Positions 56,312 through 59,429 of a stretch of DNA of 59,429 nucleotides are shown piece by piece; position 1 is the first letter of the stretch, and every line of letters starts with the position of its first letter. The position numbers and the translations under genes are program-made. This DNA is from a virus. Taxonomy: Duplodnaviria > Caudoviricetes. The stretch is taken from positions 1 through 59,429 of IMG/VR virus record IMGVR_UViG_3300007540_000001. One strand, 5' to 3'. Under the pieces are notes generated by a model that saw only the letters and a list, made by a program, of their open reading frames with translations, had not been told where the DNA came from and made no database searches.

Positions 56312-56479
56312 CTATTCTCTATAGTATTTATTATAACTATTATAAAACTCAATAGCTTCTTCATCTGATACAGGATGACCTGCCACAGATGTAGCTATGC
56401 TTCTCACTTGTACCATTAACTCTTCATCAATACTATCTTCTTTCTCAAACTCATTATCAATTATATATCTACTGACCAT
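56312..56479 (-). CDS. Hypothetical protein (55 aa)
   Basis: Manual ORF MVSRYIIDNEFEKE...; AGGAG SD. Confidence 0.7.
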   Translation of the reverse strand: MVSRYIIDNEFEKEDSIDEELMVQVRSIATSVAGHPVSDEEAIEFYNSYNKYYRE

Positions 56480-56488
56480 GTTCTTCTC

Positions 56489-56674
56489 CTATCTACTGAG
56501 ATCATCTTGACTCATTGGTTTAATATGTGAATGAATATGTTCCTTCATGGCATCAGCTAAACTTATTAAGCCGACACCAATAATACCATTCTCTTCTATG
56601 ATTGCATCAACAACATCTTCTACTACTATATCATTAGCAACCAACCATTTTATTATCTTCTTATTCTTCTTCAT
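56489..56674 (-). CDS. Hypothetical protein
   Basis: ORF-track frame; start taken at MKKNKK. Confidence 0.6.
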   Translation of the reverse strand: MKKNKKIIKWLVANDIVVEDVVDAIIEENGIIGVGLISLADAMKEHIHSHIKPMSQDDLSR

Positions 56675-56942
56675 GATATGCCTCTGGATGATCTTCATAT
56701 ACATAATCACCCCACCATTGTGGACGTACTATACCTTCATCATCTATTCTCTTTTTATAGACTATACGATAATTCTCTCTTACTTTTTCAGTAAGATTTA
56801 TTAGTTCTTGTATTTCCCAATACGTAACGTACTCAATACCTGACTCAGCTAAATGCTCTGTTATACTTTTTATTTTATTTACTAAGTCCAGTAAGTTTCC
56901 AGTACGTAAAGGATCTTTACCACCATTCTCTGTGCTCATCAA
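56661..56942 (-). CDS. Hypothetical protein
   Basis: ORF track. Confidence 0.65.
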   Translation of the reverse strand: MMSTENGGKDPLRTGNLLDLVNKIKSITEHLAESGIEYVTYWEIQELINLTEKVRENYRIVYKKRIDDEGIVRPQWWGDYVYEDHPEAYHEEE

Positions 56943-57102
56943 ACATATCTCCTATTAAAAGTGAGATTAAAAACATTACTAATCCCATTGTTGCTGTTAT
57001 TATTGTTACCAAAATGGTAAACTCTGAAGGCAAAAACATACAGCCAATAAATGCGTGCATCATTAATGCCATACCACCATAGTGAAAGAAATTATATATC
57101 AT
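56917..57102 (-). CDS. Small two-TM membrane protein
   Basis: MIYNFFHYGG... hydrophobic; start trimmed from the ORF track. Confidence 0.55.
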   Translation of the reverse strand: MIYNFFHYGGMALMMHAFIGCMFLPSEFTILVTIITATMGLVMFLISLLIGDMFDEHREWW

Positions 57103-57157
57103 AATTCTATATAACTTAAAGTTATTATTATATATAGTAGTCCAATAAGTTCTAACA

Positions 57158-57373
57158 TTATTCGTATAACTCCCCTTGACTATAGCTTTGATTGTCCATC
57201 TCATCTGCCTTGTCCAAGAGAAGAGCACTACAAGCAAAGTCAGTCATCTGACATGTGCTTATATCTCCATTCTCTTTTGCCATAAAGATAAACTTATCTA
57301 ATATCTTTGCCCATACCTCTGGCTCTAGGTCTGTGGCAGGGTTAAAAGAAATCTTCTTACTCCATGTTGCCAT
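57158..57373 (-). CDS. Hypothetical protein
   Basis: MATWSKK start with GAGGAG SD. Confidence 0.7.
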   Translation of the reverse strand: MATWSKKISFNPATDLEPEVWAKILDKFIFMAKENGDISTCQMTDFACSALLLDKADEMDNQSYSQGELYE

Positions 57374-57393
57374 GTTCTTCTCCTCTCTGGTTG

Positions 57394-57516
57394 TGTGATG
57401 CCTCCGAAGTTTCATATACCCGCAAGAGCTTCGGCTAATAGGATTCCCATTATACTTACTAACCAATTTCTTTTGTTAGTACCTCAAGGTATCTGTCCCA
57501 CCTAATCGACATCACA
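57394..57516 (-). ncRNA. Unidentified structured RNA / 5' leader (~123 nt)
   Basis: Closing stem UGUGAUGUC/GGCAUCACA, internal stems UACUAAC/GUUAGUA and CCGAAG/CUUCGG; begins at the predicted TSS. Confidence 0.6.
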
Positions 57517-57521
57517 TTATA

Positions 57522-57550
57522 AAGTTAACATATCTAAAAATATATGTCAA
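57522..57550 (-). promoter_or_regulatory. Sigma70-like promoter
   Basis: TTGACA-17nt-TAACTT with TG extended -10. Confidence 0.65.
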
Positions 57551-57553
57551 CAA

Positions 57554-57757
57554 TTATTTATACTTACCTTTACTATAAGGTTCATCTAGTTCTTCTAATT
57601 CAATAATTACTTCTTGGTCTTTCTCTGGATACCATGTTTCTATATGTTCTTCCTCATGATTATCCCACTTCTCTCTTGCTTCTTCTTCTGAGTCTGCATC
57701 TACTTCATACTCATAATTAATTTCAGCTTTAGTTAATATCATATATCTCTTAGACAT
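57554..57757 (-). CDS. Acidic early protein (VDADSEEEA motif)
   Basis: ORF track. Confidence 0.75.
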   Translation of the reverse strand: MSKRYMILTKAEINYEYEVDADSEEEAREKWDNHEEEHIETWYPEKDQEVIIELEELDEPYSKGKYK

Positions 57758-58316
57758 TTACATTCTCCATTTCTAAATCTACCCACTCTTCTCTCATGTT
57801 GGGATAGTCATACCCTATTCTATATTTCTTATTAGCATACCAATCAGGCATAGGTCTACTCTTCTCCCACTTGGCTATATCTTTCTTATCATTTACATAA
57901 TACTTTCTGTATGCTAATACACTCTCATCAGACGCACACTTGTATTCATCTGGCATACATTGTGGGTGTGGTGTTCTTTCCATAGGTTTATATTGCAATG
58001 TACCCCAATCTGTTTCTTTAATATCCATGATAACTTGCTGACATTTATGTATCTTATTGTATCTTCTGGTATATTCAAAGCATAGCTCCATACCATGTTG
58101 CACTAGCCAACTAAAATTATCAGCACTATCTCCTGCCCATAGTGTACATGGGTGGTTCTTGTGTGCTTCTTTGTATGGTACTTTATCTCCTTGTCCATGC
58201 CTATGAAACACAGAACACAACATCTGTGCAGTTTCCAATGGCATCTTTACTATGTGCTTATCACATTGCATCTGTGCAGATATGATAGGTGATTCGTCTA
58301 GTATGAATATGTTCAT
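57750..58316 (-). CDS. Pyrimidine dimer DNA glycosylase/endonuclease V-like protein
   Basis: MNIFILD...DKHIVKMPLETAQML...HKNHPCTLW...QCMPDEY...AYRKYY. Confidence 0.8.
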   Translation of the reverse strand: MNIFILDESPIISAQMQCDKHIVKMPLETAQMLCSVFHRHGQGDKVPYKEAHKNHPCTLWAGDSADNFSWLVQHGMELCFEYTRRYNKIHKCQQVIMDIKETDWGTLQYKPMERTPHPQCMPDEYKCASDESVLAYRKYYVNDKKDIAKWEKSRPMPDWYANKKYRIGYDYPNMREEWVDLEMENVNV

Positions 58317-58471
58317 ATGTCTACTCCTTGTACATGAATATCTAATTCATCTGCAATCCAATATCGTATTCCTGTGTAACAATCATCACACAATAATATA
58401 GGAACAAATTTATATGTCATATCTTCTTCTTCACCTTTATTAACTTTACAATGTTCACAAGTTACTATCAT
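58313..58471 (-). CDS. Small CxxC...CxxC protein
   Basis: MIVTCEHC...LCDDCY; AAGGAG SD. Confidence 0.7.
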   Translation of the reverse strand: MIVTCEHCKVNKGEEEDMTYKFVPILLCDDCYTGIRYWIADELDIHVQGVDI

Positions 58472-58614
58472 TCTACTTTCTCCTTTACTACAGCAAAGTC
58501 TACTGTATATATCCATGTTGCACTATCTTCTTCTACATTTTCTATACTTCTATACTCTACTATTGGGCATGTGTCAAGCCAATCCATAAATATTTTTTGA
58601 TTATCTTTATTCAT
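58468..58614 (-). CDS. Hypothetical protein (48 aa)
   Basis: Manual ORF MNKDNQKIFMDWLDTCP...KEKVE*; ATGA overlaps at both ends. Confidence 0.7.
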   Translation of the reverse strand: MNKDNQKIFMDWLDTCPIVEYRSIENVEEDSATWIYTVDFAVVKEKVE

Positions 58615-58904
58615 CTGTACAACACTCCCATTTTAACTAACACATCTAATTCTTTTTGTGTCATCTCTTCTACTCTATGTACTGCTATAGTATCATCATC
58701 ATAATCTGTGTATACATTAGTTTCTTCATTAAAATTTTCTTCAAAGTCATGGTCGCTTCTACCTTCACCATACACATCTCGTATTATATCTTTGTCTGTA
58801 ATAGACTCACCATTTTCATAGTGTGCCAAGCCATAATCTTTAAACCATGCATAGTCAAGGTATTCAACACCACCATTATCTATTGTAAATTTTACAAATA
58901 TCAT
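58611..58904 (-). CDS. Acidic early protein
   Basis: ORF track; AAGGAG SD. Confidence 0.75.
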   Translation of the reverse strand: MIFVKFTIDNGGVEYLDYAWFKDYGLAHYENGESITDKDIIRDVYGEGRSDHDFEENFNEETNVYTDYDDDTIAVHRVEEMTQKELDVLVKMGVLYR

Positions 58905-59080
58905 TCTACTTTCTCCTTTTTAAATGCTTCACCTACACCATTCTCCCATGCTTCTGGTACTATCCAATCTACCATGTAGAAAAGTGCTTGTATTTTAGGT
59001 AGTAATTTATAATCGTAGTCTGGTTCATCAGCAAGTCTGCGTGATAGTTCACCTATAAATTCTTTAACTTCTTCTTCCAT
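58901..59080 (-). CDS. Hypothetical early protein
   Basis: MEEEVKEF...KEKVE*; TAATG coupling. Confidence 0.7.
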   Translation of the reverse strand: MEEEVKEFIGELSRRLADEPDYDYKLLPKIQALFYMVDWIVPEAWENGVGEAFKKEKVE

Positions 59081-59262
59081 TATACACTCTCCTCTATTTC
59101 TATATCTGTAAACCAATTATCTAGGTCTTGTGCTAATTCGCTTGGCATATCATGGTCTAGTCTTACTAACTTATGACTATCATTCCATTCTACATGGATT
59201 TGATAGCTTACTATATGCCTTCGTGTCGTAGGTATTGTGTTTATATCTCTACTCATTATCAT
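59080..59262 (-). CDS. Hypothetical early protein
   Basis: ORF track; AAGGAG SD. Confidence 0.7.
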   Translation of the reverse strand: MIMSRDINTIPTTRRHIVSYQIHVEWNDSHKLVRLDHDMPSELAQDLDNWFTDIEIEESV

Positions 59263-59429
59263 TCTCCTTCTTGTAGTTGATCTTCATGTACTATATTTAC
59301 TTCACCAAGTATTCTTGTCATAATATCAACATAATTATTAAACATCTCTTGTCCCTCGTCAGTAAAATTATATACATCATCTTCATCTACATAGATGCAA
59401 TCTTCATAATACTTTTCACCTAATTTTTC
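59259..59429 (-). CDS. 3' part of the junction-spanning ORF that starts at 201
   Basis: In-frame continuation ending QEGE*. Confidence 0.75.
   Translation of the reverse strand, partial: EKLGEKYYEDCIYVDEDDVYNFTDEGQEMFNNYVDIMTRILGEVNIVHEDQLQEGE
59307..59429. repeat. Terminal 123-bp direct repeat, copy 2
   Basis: Identical to 1..123. Confidence 0.95.

Noticed and set aside
57394-57516. Cobalamin or glycine riboswitch, HDV-like or hammerhead ribozyme
   Set aside because: Only fragments match (GGUGGGA, CCGAAG, GCUAA); required core elements are not found in order
58549-58577. TTGACA-17-TATAGA promoter
   Set aside because: Lies within a coding frame (WLDTCP) and may be coincidental
46824-58979. 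Plus-strand ORFs in the track within the replication/early arm
   Set aside because: Antisense shadows of well-supported - strand genes
59307-59429. 123-bp terminal repeat as a biological terminal repeat
   Set aside because: It falls inside an ORF that reads through the junction, so a circular assembly overlap is more likely
1-59429. Alternative genetic code or stop-codon reassignment
   Set aside because: Core genes are full length under the standard code and all three stop codons end genes

Overview
The window is an essentially complete (~59.3 kb) AT-rich dsDNA tailed-phage genome with a podovirus-like gene set. The first 123 nt are repeated at the end, and an ORF reads through that junction, so this looks like a circular assembly. 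The + strand (3.0-46.2 kb) carries packaging and morphogenesis genes: TerS, TerL, a lytic transglycosylase, portal, GroES, scaffold, major capsid, adaptors, several tail fibres/receptor-binding proteins and ejection proteins. These are followed by a glycosyltransferase module and a holin/spanin region. The - strand (46.3-59.4 kb, continuing to 1.5 kb) carries T7-like replication genes (primase-helicase, Tyr762-type PolA, SSB, exonuclease), a class II B12-dependent RNR, an FkbM methyltransferase, a pyrimidine-dimer glycosylase and many small early genes. I found no RNA polymerase, integrase or tRNA; sigma70-like promoters occur throughout. A marine alphaproteobacterial host is inferred, not shown. 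Most notable observations, several missed by the ORF track: (1) a 24-aa PqqA-like precursor peptide and a 7-Cys micro-protein inside the lysis cassette; (2) a recurring x-x-G-G linear motif shared by many unrelated putative capsid-internal proteins; (3) a glycosyltransferase plus a GT-methyltransferase-Maf/DUF115 fusion, a possible virion glycosylation system; (4) a ~123-nt structured RNA starting at a promoter; (5) a 4-strand mini outer-membrane beta-barrel protein; (6) apparent genome-wide avoidance of CCWGG. All family assignments are from motif recognition by eye, with no database searches.
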